From an uncultured Alphaproteobacteria bacterium (GTDB lineage Bacteria > Pseudomonadota > Alphaproteobacteria > UBA3830 > CAYLKK01): a stretch of DNA of 64,000 nt. Shown piece by piece: positions 21,020 to 30,450 of this stretch. Within the stretch, counting starts at the first letter, position 1. Each line of letters begins with the position of its first letter. Location of the stretch: positions 1,208 to 65,207 of the forward strand of contig CAZMHS010000003.1 of the NCBI GenBank assembly GCA_964566185.1, given 5' to 3'. The notes beneath the pieces are model-generated. The model was not told the origin of the DNA and made no database searches. It saw only the letters and a list, made by a program, of their open reading frames with translations. The translations under genes were made by a program, and so were the position numbers.

Positions 21020-22711
21020 ATGAAAAAATGGAAAGTTTATAGCGTTACTGATATTGTTTCGTATGCACGTTCAGCAGATTTGTTATCTTTGTTAGATGCT
21101 ATTTTTGAAATATCATTATTGTGCTTACTATATACTGCAAATATTATTCTTAATTTCGAATATATAACCCCATTTATGATTTTATCTGAAAATATGCTAT
21201 TCATATTTGCTTACGTCGGTGCGAGATACTTTTTGCCCAAGGCTGACTTTAAACTGAGAGTTACAGCTGTATTCGCATTATCTTCTGTGATAGCATTTCC
21301 AGCGTTAGTATTTCATCATACGTTTTTTGAAATTACAAGTACTACTATCTTCATGTTGTTTTCATCATTAATCATTGGTATATTATCATGTGCTTTAGAT
21401 GATGATAACCGTATATCAGCATTGTTAGTATACCATGATGATGTTGGAGCAGAAATTTTATCAACAGTAGCTCGCGAGTACGATATTTTCGCCGTTATTC
21501 ATACAGGAGCTAACTCTACTCATAACCAGCACATTTGCTTCAAATCATTCAAGTCTGCTTCGCGTTTTTTGAACATTATAAAGCACGTCGTTCTATTTAG
21601 GCTTCCAACTGCAGTTGTATATGTAGATGATAAGTATGATATTAATAGATTTTTTGATGTATCATCATTCGCAAAATCATTTAACTTATCTTTGTTTGAT
21701 AAATTCGGAAATAACTTTACGGCTGACAGATTCTTGAATAAGTCATGCTTGTCCGAAAGTGAGTATTTAGCTGTAAGTAATTTACTAAATCGCAAGAAAG
21801 TAATAATTGAATATAATGGGAATCCTGTATTGTTGGAAACAATAAAACGGCTTAGTACGAATAATAGCATAGAGCTCATTGTTTCGTGTGTATGCCAAGA
21901 GCTGTTAATACATATCATGAACATCAAAAATGTCAGTGTAACGACATCTCCTTTGTACTTAGTGATACAGAGTACATCAAATGTTGATTATGTATTTGTT
22001 TCTTCTAAAAAAATATGTGACGAAACTAATTTTGAGCTAAAAAAATATTCTGCCGTTTGTAACTCTATTCAGTATTTAAATATCATTGATGCTTGTGACG
22101 AACGCAGAGTAAAGCACTTATATTTGATATCGCAATTAAGTCAAGATGATAATATGACATTAAACGATTATTCTCAAAGATTAGCAGAATCATGCGCTCA
22201 AAGTGCATATACTACTACAGCCGATTGTTTTACAAAAATCGTTTCTGTTAGAATTCCAGCTACATTTTCTGATATACGTAACGAAAATCATCAGAAATCA
22301 ACTATACTTATTGAAAATAAATATGCAGAGTGCTCGGCTATATGTGATGCTCTATTTCGTTTGCTTATAAATGGAGTAGAACAAAAAAATCTTGGAAAAT
22401 CATACCATATAACTGCAAAATCTAGCATAACGATCGATGATTATATTAAGTTATTATCTGTAACAAATGAGATCAATATTCGTATCTGTAAGCAACAGAT
22501 AGATAATTCATTAACAAACAAAATACATAATCATACGATAGAAAATACTATACCAGACGTTTTTATTTCAGCAGAAGATTATAAGCGTTTTAGTATAGAA
22601 GATATAGAATCAATTTTACAAAGTAAAACGGAAAAGGAGCTTATGGAAAAATTAAATTTATATATAAACAATAGCATACATGAAAATTACAACACTTCGA
22701 TTAGGGTATAA
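21020..22711 (+). CDS. Membrane protein distantly resembling CapD/PglF/WbpM nucleotide-sugar dehydratases, with cofactor and catalytic motifs not recognisable
   Basis: Four N-terminal TM helices followed by about 430 soluble residues. An alignment from memory places KKVIIEYNGNPVLLET where VLVTGAGGSIGSEL is expected, and LISQLSQDD..YSQRLAE where liSTDKAV..GasKRlaE is expected. Intact 563-aa frame. Spot counts suggest it is more AT-rich than the core genes. Confidence 0.45.
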   Translation: MKKWKVYSVTDIVSYARSADLLSLLDAIFEISLLCLLYTANIILNFEYITPFMILSENMLFIFAYVGARYFLPKADFKLRVTAVFALSSVIAFPALVFHHTFFEITSTTIFMLFSSLIIGILSCALDDDNRISALLVYHDDVGAEILSTVAREYDIFAVIHTGANSTHNQHICFKSFKSASRFLNIIKHVVLFRLPTAVVYVDDKYDINRFFDVSSFAKSFNLSLFDKFGNNFTADRFLNKSCLSESEYLAVSNLLNRKKVIIEYNGNPVLLETIKRLSTNNSIELIVSCVCQELLIHIMNIKNVSVTTSPLYLVIQSTSNVDYVFVSSKKICDETNFELKKYSAVCNSIQYLNIIDACDERRVKHLYLISQLSQDDNMTLNDYSQRLAESCAQSAYTTTADCFTKIVSVRIPATFSDIRNENHQKSTILIENKYAECSAICDALFRLLINGVEQKNLGKSYHITAKSSITIDDYIKLLSVTNEINIRICKQQIDNSLTNKIHNHTIENTIPDVFISAEDYKRFSIEDIESILQSKTEKELMEKLNLYINNSIHENYNTSIRV

Positions 22712-22712
22712 A

Positions 22713-23591
22713 ATGAAACAGTGGTTAAACTCAAAAGGATACTATCAAGGAATATTTTTTCTTATTTTGATGATGTTAGTAAGTTGTTCTAACGACATAC
22801 TAACGAAATATTTAGGACAAAGGCTAAGTCCGTTTGAGATGATGTTTTTTAGGTTTTTGTTTAACCTGCTAACCTTATTCCCGTTTATATTTATAAAAGG
22901 GAAAAGTGTACTAAAAACTAAAATGTTATCGCTTAATATCTTACGCGGTGTACTAGGAGTAATAGGTTTTTTATTGTTTATATACTCTATAATAGAAATC
23001 AAATTAGTAGAGGTTGTTACTATTTTTTGGACTATTCCTTTGTTCGTTCTTGTATTATCAACAGTTTTTTTAAAAGAAAAAGTCGTTGCGTCTAGATGGA
23101 TAGCGACAATTATTGGGTTTATAGGATTGAGCGCTGTTACATTATTTGATTCAGGATGCGAGCTTTCATTTAAATTCGTATATTTATTACCGATAATTTC
23201 TGCGCTTGTATTTTCAATACAGGATGTAATGATAAAAAAAATGGTTCTTGTCGAGGAAGATCGAGTAACTATGTTGTTTTATTTTGCTCTCGTTGCTACA
23301 ATATTAAGCATTATCCCAGCTTGTATGTTCTGGGAAACTCCAACACTGTTTGAGCTGACTATGCTTTTTATTATAGGTGCAGGTGGTAACTTAATGCAGT
23401 ATCTTATATTTAAAGCATATAATGCAACTGACTTATCTGCGTTATCACCATTTAGGTATTTAGAATTTTGTATAACTGCCGTGCTTGGTTTTATATTTTT
23501 CAGCGAAATTCCAGGAATCAACGTTTTGATCGGAGCGGCTATTTTAATTCCAACAACATTGTATTTATCAATGACGGATAAGGCTCGATGA
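22713..23591 (+). CDS. EamA/DMT-family transporter
   Basis: About 10 hydrophobic helices arranged as two EamA-like halves. ATG 22713 lies just after the upstream stop. Substrate unknown. Confidence 0.8.
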   Translation: MKQWLNSKGYYQGIFFLILMMLVSCSNDILTKYLGQRLSPFEMMFFRFLFNLLTLFPFIFIKGKSVLKTKMLSLNILRGVLGVIGFLLFIYSIIEIKLVEVVTIFWTIPLFVLVLSTVFLKEKVVASRWIATIIGFIGLSAVTLFDSGCELSFKFVYLLPIISALVFSIQDVMIKKMVLVEEDRVTMLFYFALVATILSIIPACMFWETPTLFELTMLFIIGAGGNLMQYLIFKAYNATDLSALSPFRYLEFCITAVLGFIFFSEIPGINVLIGAAILIPTTLYLSMTDKAR

Positions 23592-24898
23592 CGCTGCCTA
23601 TTGCACTTCTCGTACTGAACTTTTTAGTAGTAGTCTTATGTGTGTTTTATGTTAGAAAAATAAATCAAGCAGCAAAGTCAAAACTAGGAAAATACAATGA
23701 GCTAGTTATAGAAAAGGTTCGTTTAAGCGAACGTGTTTGTTTGCTCAACGACTTAGAGGAAAAACATGAAAAATTGTTATGCGAGTATAACAATGCATGT
23801 ACAAGAATTGCAGAATTAGAAGCTACATTAAAGTCAGAAAGAGAATCAATAAATGATAAAATCACACTGTTACAGAAAGCAGAATCTTTAATGTCTGATA
23901 AATTTTCGTCATTAAGCGCGGACGCGTTAGCGAAAAACAATCAATCATTTCTTGAACTCGCAAAAACGTCTTTTGAAAATCTGCACAATGCTGCAAAAGT
24001 ACAATTAGAGAATAAAACGAAAGAAATAAGCGATATCACAACACCAATAAAAAATGCGTTGTCAGATGTAGAAGAAAAATTACAAAAGATAGATAATGAG
24101 CGTACTTTTATATGCCAGTCTATTGGTGAGCAAATAAATTCACTAATAGTATCACAGGATAAACTTAAGCTTGAAACAAGCAAACTTTCATCCGCTCTAA
24201 AAGTTCCAAATATACGGGGTCGCTGGGGTGAGATGCAATTAAAACGAGTTGTAGAACTTGCTGGAATGACGAAACATTGTGATTTCCATGAACAAATGCT
24301 ACTATCTGGAGATCATGAAGACTTGCGTCCGGATATGATAATTAATATACCTGGACGAAGAACAATTATCGTCGATGCAAAAACACCTTTAAGTGCGTAT
24401 ATGTCAGCGTTAGAAACAGATAATGAAGATGAAAAAAACAAATTATTGAAAAATCATGCAAAACAAGTAAAAGCACATTGTGCTTTGTTAGGAAATAAAA
24501 ACTATTTCAACAAATGCAAGAATTCACCAGAATTTGTCGTAATGTTTATTCCAGGAGACGTTTTCTTTTCAACAGCAATGGAATATGATCCGACGTTAAT
24601 AGAATATGCTATTGAGCATAATGTGATTATTTCAACCCCAACTACACTGCTAGCATTGTTACACGCTATCGCATTTGGATGGCAGAATGAAATTTTCACA
24701 GAGAATGCTAAGCAGATAATATCTCTTGGGAAAGATTTACAAGAGACGTTAAAAGCTACGGACGAGTATCTATCAGAATTAGAGAAAAATATAACGAATT
24801 TAAATACTGTGTATTCAAAATTTTCAAATTTCATCGACGACAAGAGTAGAAATATACTTGTGCAATTCAAGACGCTTGGATTAGAAACTAAAAATTAA
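23588..24898 (+). CDS. rmuC: DNA recombination protein RmuC
   Basis: N-terminal TM helix, long coiled coil, C-terminal RmuC region (RGRWGEMQLKRVVE, IVDAKTPL, FVVMFIPGD). Confidence 0.85.
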   Translation: MTLPIALLVLNFLVVVLCVFYVRKINQAAKSKLGKYNELVIEKVRLSERVCLLNDLEEKHEKLLCEYNNACTRIAELEATLKSERESINDKITLLQKAESLMSDKFSSLSADALAKNNQSFLELAKTSFENLHNAAKVQLENKTKEISDITTPIKNALSDVEEKLQKIDNERTFICQSIGEQINSLIVSQDKLKLETSKLSSALKVPNIRGRWGEMQLKRVVELAGMTKHCDFHEQMLLSGDHEDLRPDMIINIPGRRTIIVDAKTPLSAYMSALETDNEDEKNKLLKNHAKQVKAHCALLGNKNYFNKCKNSPEFVVMFIPGDVFFSTAMEYDPTLIEYAIEHNVIISTPTTLLALLHAIAFGWQNEIFTENAKQIISLGKDLQETLKATDEYLSELEKNITNLNTVYSKFSNFIDDKSRNILVQFKTLGLETKN

Positions 24899-24902
24899 TT
24901 AG

Positions 24903-26318
24903 CTATCTAGCTTGCGAAAGAATCCTAATATAGTCATCTGTCGTTAATCCGTTTGAAGGTTCAACAATTAGACTTTGAGCAACGCCTGTAGACTTTTCTA
25001 AAGCAGTTACTGTAAGAATGCCGTTTATATCTATTTTTAAACTAACCGTAACCTTTGCTTCTCTTGCAGGAAGCTTTGGAATTCCGTATAGAACAAATCG
25101 TCCAAGAGATCTACATTTTTCTGCAGTTTTACTTTCTCCTTGTACGATATTAAACGATATACTAGTCTGAAAATCTTCTGCTGTTGTATATTCAACTGAT
25201 TGCTCAAATGGAAGTGGTGTATTTCTTGGAATAATGTAATCTACACCACCACCAAGCGTTTCTATTCCAAGACTTAAAGGCGTTACATCTATTAGAATTG
25301 CATTCTTATTTTTAGAAAGAATTGATTCTGCATACAACGCAGCTCCAATTGAAACCGCTTCATCAGGATTTATATCATTCAAAATATTGCACTTCGTCCG
25401 TAAATAACGTTGCAACTCACAAGATTTCGTCATTCCTCCGACAAGGACAACAGCTCCTACGTGATCAAAAGAAATATTAGCATCATCTAACGCCTTCTGA
25501 GCAATAGCTAACGTACGGTCAGCATAACGCTTTATAATGGAATCTAACTCTTGCGCCGTAATGTAAAATTCTGCTGTAAACTGCGACAATGATAGGTAGA
25601 CAGACTTTGTACTTTGTTCTTTTAGTTCTCTACTTGCGAGAAAACAAAGACGCTTGTCATGTTCGCTCAGCGAGTCTAAATTGACACCATATCTATCGCA
25701 GCAAAGTCGTGCTATATCTTTGTCGATATCGTCACCTCCCAGATTATTATCGCCAGATATAGATAATGTTTTAAAAACATGATCTTCGAGTTTCAAAACT
25801 GAAAAATCAAATGTTCCACCACCAAAGTCGTATACACAAAAAATACCATCACTACCCTTATCTAATCCGTACGCTAATGCTGCTGCTGTCGGCTCATTGA
25901 TTAATCTTAGTACTTTGAGGCCAGCTAAAGACGCTGCCAACTTTGTCTCTATCCTTTGTATATTATCAAAATGAGCCGGTACTCCTATAACTACATTATC
26001 TATTTTTTCATTTACTATATTACTTGCTGTAGATACTAACTCTGACAAAATAACACTTGATATTTCGTACGGCTTTTTCTTTGTTTGTAACTCACAAGAT
26101 GTTCCTATTTTTCTCTTTATTGATCTAATTAAACTATCTTCTGAAAGTCTTTTGTCGAATTTAAACACGTGTAATTCGTCTGAAGATGCATCGATAACCG
26201 AAGGCATTAAATGTGGATTTTGATTCCATGGAGCAACAGACAACACCGTCACATTTCCACCATATGCACTGGATATAACAGAATTTGTTGTTCCTAAATC
26301 AATGCCAATGTAATTCAT
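24903..26318 (-). CDS. hscA: Fe-S cluster chaperone HscA (Hsp70 family), short form lacking the helical lid
   Basis: IGIDLGTTNS, DFGGGTFDFS, VLVGGMTK, LIDVTPLSLGIE and a beta-sandwich substrate-binding domain. The ORF ends at ..GLTTDDYIRILSQAR, giving 471 aa. Last gene of the iscSUA-hscBA string. Confidence 0.85.
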   Translation of the reverse strand: MNYIGIDLGTTNSVISSAYGGNVTVLSVAPWNQNPHLMPSVIDASSDELHVFKFDKRLSEDSLIRSIKRKIGTSCELQTKKKPYEISSVILSELVSTASNIVNEKIDNVVIGVPAHFDNIQRIETKLAASLAGLKVLRLINEPTAAALAYGLDKGSDGIFCVYDFGGGTFDFSVLKLEDHVFKTLSISGDNNLGGDDIDKDIARLCCDRYGVNLDSLSEHDKRLCFLASRELKEQSTKSVYLSLSQFTAEFYITAQELDSIIKRYADRTLAIAQKALDDANISFDHVGAVVLVGGMTKSCELQRYLRTKCNILNDINPDEAVSIGAALYAESILSKNKNAILIDVTPLSLGIETLGGGVDYIIPRNTPLPFEQSVEYTTAEDFQTSISFNIVQGESKTAEKCRSLGRFVLYGIPKLPAREAKVTVSLKIDINGILTVTALEKSTGVAQSLIVEPSNGLTTDDYIRILSQAR

Positions 26319-26759
26319 TTAGCTCTCCAATATGCGTCTTATATACTTAGCCATATAGATTTGCTCAAAAATTCGTTTTTCGTCTAATTTCTTAGTAAAT
26401 AAGTATAGAAGTGTAGAATATATATCTTTTTGCATATCAACTAGCAGTTTACGAGCTTCTGATGATTGATCAACGTTTGTAGATAAAGCACGTTCTGACA
26501 ATTCAAAAAGCTCAGACGTAACATATGTAATTTCGTCTGACTTTTCACTGCATCCCATGACATGCATCATATATTCTGCTCTCTGAATTGGATCAGATAG
26601 TGTAGAGTACGCTTTATTAACAATAACAGACAACGAATCATCATCAGACGCATCAGGATGAACAGATTTTTGTAACTTCATAAACCGACTATCAAGAACC
26701 TCTTGATCTATTGCGTAAGAGACCGGAAGCTCAAATAGCTCAAAGTAATTTTTAGTCAC
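26319..26759 (-). CDS. hscB: Fe-S cluster co-chaperone HscB (J-protein)
   Basis: NYFELFELP...KSVHPD J-domain with HPD. GTG 26759 overlaps the iscA stop (GTGACTAA); the track ORF extends further 5' into iscA. Stop abuts the hscA ATG. Confidence 0.8.
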   Translation of the reverse strand: MTKNYFELFELPVSYAIDQEVLDSRFMKLQKSVHPDASDDDSLSVIVNKAYSTLSDPIQRAEYMMHVMGCSEKSDEITYVTSELFELSERALSTNVDQSSEARKLLVDMQKDIYSTLLYLFTKKLDEKRIFEQIYMAKYIRRILES

Positions 26760-27138
26760 CGCATCCACCGCCACATCCATGACATGAGCCGCAGCCTTCA
26801 TCCTTTCCTGTACTAAACGACATCCCGCATCCACAACGATTCAATACATTAGGGTTGTTAAATACAAATGTAGACCCCATTGCTGTGGTTTTATGATCAA
26901 CGACCATGCCATCTAGAAACATAACAGCTCTAGGTTCAATGTATATATTTACCGAGCCCTGTTCATAATGCAAATCTGCAGGATCAGGCTCTGATATGTA
27001 TTCAACAGAGTAAGTTAAACCTTGGCACCCTCCAGGCGCGACAGAAAACCTAATTCCTACTATACTAGCGTCATCGGACATGACATTCTTAACACACTCT
27101 ATAGCTTTTTCTGTTAATACGATACAATTCTCACTCAT
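26752..27138 (-). CDS. iscA: Fe-S cluster assembly A-type carrier IscA with Cys/Gly-rich C-terminal extension
   Basis: Conserved Cys in APGGCQG and in the C-terminal CGCGMSF, followed by an extra 20 aa: STGKDEGCGSCHGCGGGCGD. Confidence 0.88.
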   Translation of the reverse strand: MSENCIVLTEKAIECVKNVMSDDASIVGIRFSVAPGGCQGLTYSVEYISEPDPADLHYEQGSVNIYIEPRAVMFLDGMVVDHKTTAMGSTFVFNNPNVLNRCGCGMSFSTGKDEGCGSCHGCGGGCGD

Positions 27139-27141
27139 TTT

Positions 27142-27525
27142 TTATACTCCTTTCTTTGACTTATAATCTTTTATTGCATTTTTAACAGCTTCCTCAGCAA
27201 GGACAGAGCAATGTATTTTAACCGGCGGAAGTGATAATTCACTAGCTACATCTGAATTCTTGATAGCCCTTGCTTCATCTAAAGTCTTACCCTGCACCAT
27301 TTTCGTTATCAATGCGCTTGATGCAATAGCAGCTCCGCATCCAAACGCCTTGAATTTAGAATCTGTAATTACGTTCGTTTCAGGATCAACCTTTATTTGC
27401 AATTTAATCATATCTCCACACGCAGGCGCCCCTACAACGGCCGTTCCAACATCGTTGGACGCATCATCCAATGTACCAACATTTTCTGGATTATTGTATA
27501 AATCTATTACATTTTTCGAATACAT
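27142..27525 (-). CDS. iscU: Fe-S cluster scaffold IscU
   Basis: GAPACGDMIKL, FKAFGCGAAIASS, LPPVKIHCSVLAEEA: the three cluster Cys plus LPPVK. Confidence 0.95.
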   Translation of the reverse strand: MYSKNVIDLYNNPENVGTLDDASNDVGTAVVGAPACGDMIKLQIKVDPETNVITDSKFKAFGCGAAIASSALITKMVQGKTLDEARAIKNSDVASELSLPPVKIHCSVLAEEAVKNAIKDYKSKKGV

Positions 27526-27526
27526 A

Positions 27527-28699
27527 TTACGCCTCCCATAATGGACTCATGCTTCTCAGCCTACTGATTGTTGCTATTAGTTTCTCCAAAAAAATTTCTA
27601 ATTCGTGTTTTGTCGTAAAACGCCCTATTCCAATTCTAATCGAAGAATGAGATAGTTCCACATCTTTCCCAAGAGCACTAATAACATAAGACGGCTCTAA
27701 CGTTTCCGACGTGCACGCTGATCCCGATGAGACTGCAATATTTCCTAATCCCATCATAATTCCTTCACCTTCAACACCTTTGAAGCTAATATTCAAATTC
27801 CCTGGAACACGATTAGTTAGGCTACCATTAACGTCAACGCAAGGAATATTGCTTCTAATCTCGTCAAGTAACCAATTACGTAACTCTGTTATACGCTGAG
27901 ATTCGCTCGCCAATTCAAAACCCGCAATACGACATGCCTCACCTAGTCCAACGCACAAAGGAGTCGGTAGCGTTCCAGATCTAATACCCCTTTCTTGCCC
28001 ACCTCCATCAAATAGAGGCGTCAATCTAACCTTCGGTTTACTTTTTACATATAATGCGCCAACGCCTTTAGGCCCGTATATTTTATGTCCAGATATACTC
28101 ATAAGATCTATGTTATTTATATCGATCTGTTTCATATCGATTTTGCCGATAGCTTGCGCTGCATCAGTGTGAAATATTACTTCTGGAAACCTCGATTTTA
28201 TGAGTTTTGCTATTTCGTTAATCGGTTGCACAACGCCAATCTCATTATTTACGCTCATCACCGAAACTAGTATTGTCGAATCGTTAATTTCATCTAAAAG
28301 TCGCTCGACATCTAATATACCATCACTACCAACTGGAAGGTATGTCACAGAAAACCCAGAACGTTCGAGTGTGCGACATGTTTCAAGTACGCACTTGTGC
28401 TCTGTACAAACTGTAACTATATGATTCCCACGATCTTTGTAAAAGTTAGCAGCTCCTTTTATCGCAATATTGTTAGATTCAGTTGCTCCAGATGTAAAAA
28501 TAATATCCTCTGCTTTCGCGCCAATTATGCTCGCTACATCACTTCGTGCAGCGTTAATAGCCTCAGCCGCATAATGACCCAACGCATGTGATCGAGAATG
28601 AGGATTCCAAAATTTATCGCAAAAATACGGAATCATCTTTTCAAGCACTCGAGGATCACACATCGTAGTAGCTTGATTATCCAAGTATATCCAGTCCAT
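27527..28699 (-). CDS. iscS: Cysteine desulfurase IscS
   Basis: PLP-Lys motif SGHKIYGPKGVG, catalytic loop SSGSACTS, 390 aa. Strong SD GGGAGGTGAG. Confidence 0.93.
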   Translation of the reverse strand: MDWIYLDNQATTMCDPRVLEKMIPYFCDKFWNPHSRSHALGHYAAEAINAARSDVASIIGAKAEDIIFTSGATESNNIAIKGAANFYKDRGNHIVTVCTEHKCVLETCRTLERSGFSVTYLPVGSDGILDVERLLDEINDSTILVSVMSVNNEIGVVQPINEIAKLIKSRFPEVIFHTDAAQAIGKIDMKQIDINNIDLMSISGHKIYGPKGVGALYVKSKPKVRLTPLFDGGGQERGIRSGTLPTPLCVGLGEACRIAGFELASESQRITELRNWLLDEIRSNIPCVDVNGSLTNRVPGNLNISFKGVEGEGIMMGLGNIAVSSGSACTSETLEPSYVISALGKDVELSHSSIRIGIGRFTTKHELEIFLEKLIATISRLRSMSPLWEA

Positions 28700-28725
28700 A
28701 ACCTAGTGCTCACCTCCCTGCTTAT

Positions 28726-28754
28726 ATTATACTAATTATTTATATGAATATCAA
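28726..28754 (-). promoter_or_regulatory. Candidate sigma70-type promoter of the iscSUA-hscBA operon
   Basis: On the minus strand: -35 TTGATA (28754-28749), 17-nt spacer, -10 TATAAT (28731-28726), about 25 nt upstream of the iscS ATG. No iscR gene lies between it and dsbD. Confidence 0.45.
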
Positions 28755-28837
28755 AAATATTATTAAAAATGCGTTTCTTGTATTGCACAGGAAATACGAC
28801 ACATGAATAGAGGCATCGATTCACGCGCTATGTTGAT

Positions 28838-30385
28838 CTAATCTATCTGCTTTTTAAAAACTTCTTCAACGTCGCTCAAACTCGGAATAACTTTTAGTTT
28901 CTCTCCCAACGGAGATTTTTTACCAAAAACTATGTTAAAAGGAATACCTCCTTGCTTATGCTGTTTTAAAAACAGCATAACCGAATCATTCGTGTGCGTT
29001 AAATCACCTTCCATACATACAGCATTATACTTTTGCACCAACTTTTCGAATGCCTCTGTGCTAAGAAGTATACTTTTATTATACTTGCATGTCATACACC
29101 AATCAGCTGTAATATTCACAAAAACAGTCCTACCAGACTTGACATATTCTTGCAGTTTGATCGGATCGAAACTTTCCCACATTTGTAATTTTTCAACAGA
29201 CCTATTTCTATTCGCCGAATAGTCTTGCATAGTTAACGGAACAATGCAAGCTGCAATTCCTGCGACAAAGCACAAAAGCTTAGATCTACCAGCTGCAAAA
29301 AATAATACGACATAGCAAAAAATCAATAACGAGGCCTGATAATAATTTAGGTGGTTTGATAACAACCAAAATAACCAAATAAATGTAAGTACGACGCCAA
29401 GACCAAGAACATGTTTTACAATAAGGGTCCAAGCGCCTGCTTTGACTTTAATATTAATATCAAAGAAATACATTAACAAATAAGGAAGTCCGAACCCAAA
29501 TCCAATAGCCATAAATATCGAAACAAATTGGATCATCGAACCATCTATTGCAACTGCCGTAGCAGTACCAAGAAATGGTGCAGTACACGGAATTGCTAAC
29601 ACTGTAGCTAGCATTCCAGACGATACGTGCTTTAAGATGTCTCCTTTTCCGTTTAAAAAAGCAGTATTTGCTGATACAACAATTCGCAATCTATCGTACA
29701 CACATAAGCTAAATAAAAACACTAATAAAGTTGTTATATTCAGAAAATGCACATTTTGAAAATGCATTCCCCAACCTACACTATGCCCAAAATACTTCAA
29801 TGATCCAATAGCAGCCGTAAATACACTAAAACTAAAAATAATCCCGTACCATGTATACAGCATATGCTTTCTATTAATCACATTTGACATAACAGAATGT
29901 AGTTTTAGTGATAATACCGGAAGAACGCAAGGCATACAATTCAATAATAACCCTCCTAGCATTGCTAACAAAAGAGTTATTAGTATTCCATAACTTTGTA
30001 AATCATCATCTTTTAATTTATCTGAAACATCCAGAAAAAATTCCTTTTCAACAAACATACATTGCTCATCTGAACAAGCTGGAAATTCCGCCTTTAAGTG
30101 AACCTTACCGACAATAGCATTAGGAACAAGAATTGTTGCCTTATATTCGTTAGCTTTTGATTTATATCCTTTCTTCAGCCTTATATCGCATTTTTCTGTT
30201 CGCGATGATATTTTTACGTCGCCATATATTTTCCACTTATTATTTGTTGCTAACTTTAGTTTGAAAGCTTTATAGCCGTCTTCTTCGATCGTTGGTGTAA
30301 TGTTAATATAAATGTCGTTTGGGTTAACAGCATGAGATACATGAATGAAAAAAAACGTAATAATTGATATGAGTGCTCTATACAT
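28838..30385 (-). CDS. dsbD: Thiol:disulfide interchange protein DsbD/ScsB-like (three-domain)
   Basis: Signal peptide, periplasmic N-domain with CSDEQC, polytopic core with Cys in NCMPCVLP and IPCTAPF, C-terminal thioredoxin WCMTC. ATG 30385 (SD TAAGG) preferred to GTG 30418. Confidence 0.85.
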   Translation of the reverse strand: MYRALISIITFFFIHVSHAVNPNDIYINITPTIEEDGYKAFKLKLATNNKWKIYGDVKISSRTEKCDIRLKKGYKSKANEYKATILVPNAIVGKVHLKAEFPACSDEQCMFVEKEFFLDVSDKLKDDDLQSYGILITLLLAMLGGLLLNCMPCVLPVLSLKLHSVMSNVINRKHMLYTWYGIIFSFSVFTAAIGSLKYFGHSVGWGMHFQNVHFLNITTLLVFLFSLCVYDRLRIVVSANTAFLNGKGDILKHVSSGMLATVLAIPCTAPFLGTATAVAIDGSMIQFVSIFMAIGFGFGLPYLLMYFFDINIKVKAGAWTLIVKHVLGLGVVLTFIWLFWLLSNHLNYYQASLLIFCYVVLFFAAGRSKLLCFVAGIAACIVPLTMQDYSANRNRSVEKLQMWESFDPIKLQEYVKSGRTVFVNITADWCMTCKYNKSILLSTEAFEKLVQKYNAVCMEGDLTHTNDSVMLFLKQHKQGGIPFNIVFGKKSPLGEKLKVIPSLSDVEEVFKKQID

Positions 30386-30450
30386 ACGCCTTACCAAACG
30401 ACAAATATAACATAACACACAATTTATAAAAATTATGTTAATATATCAAG

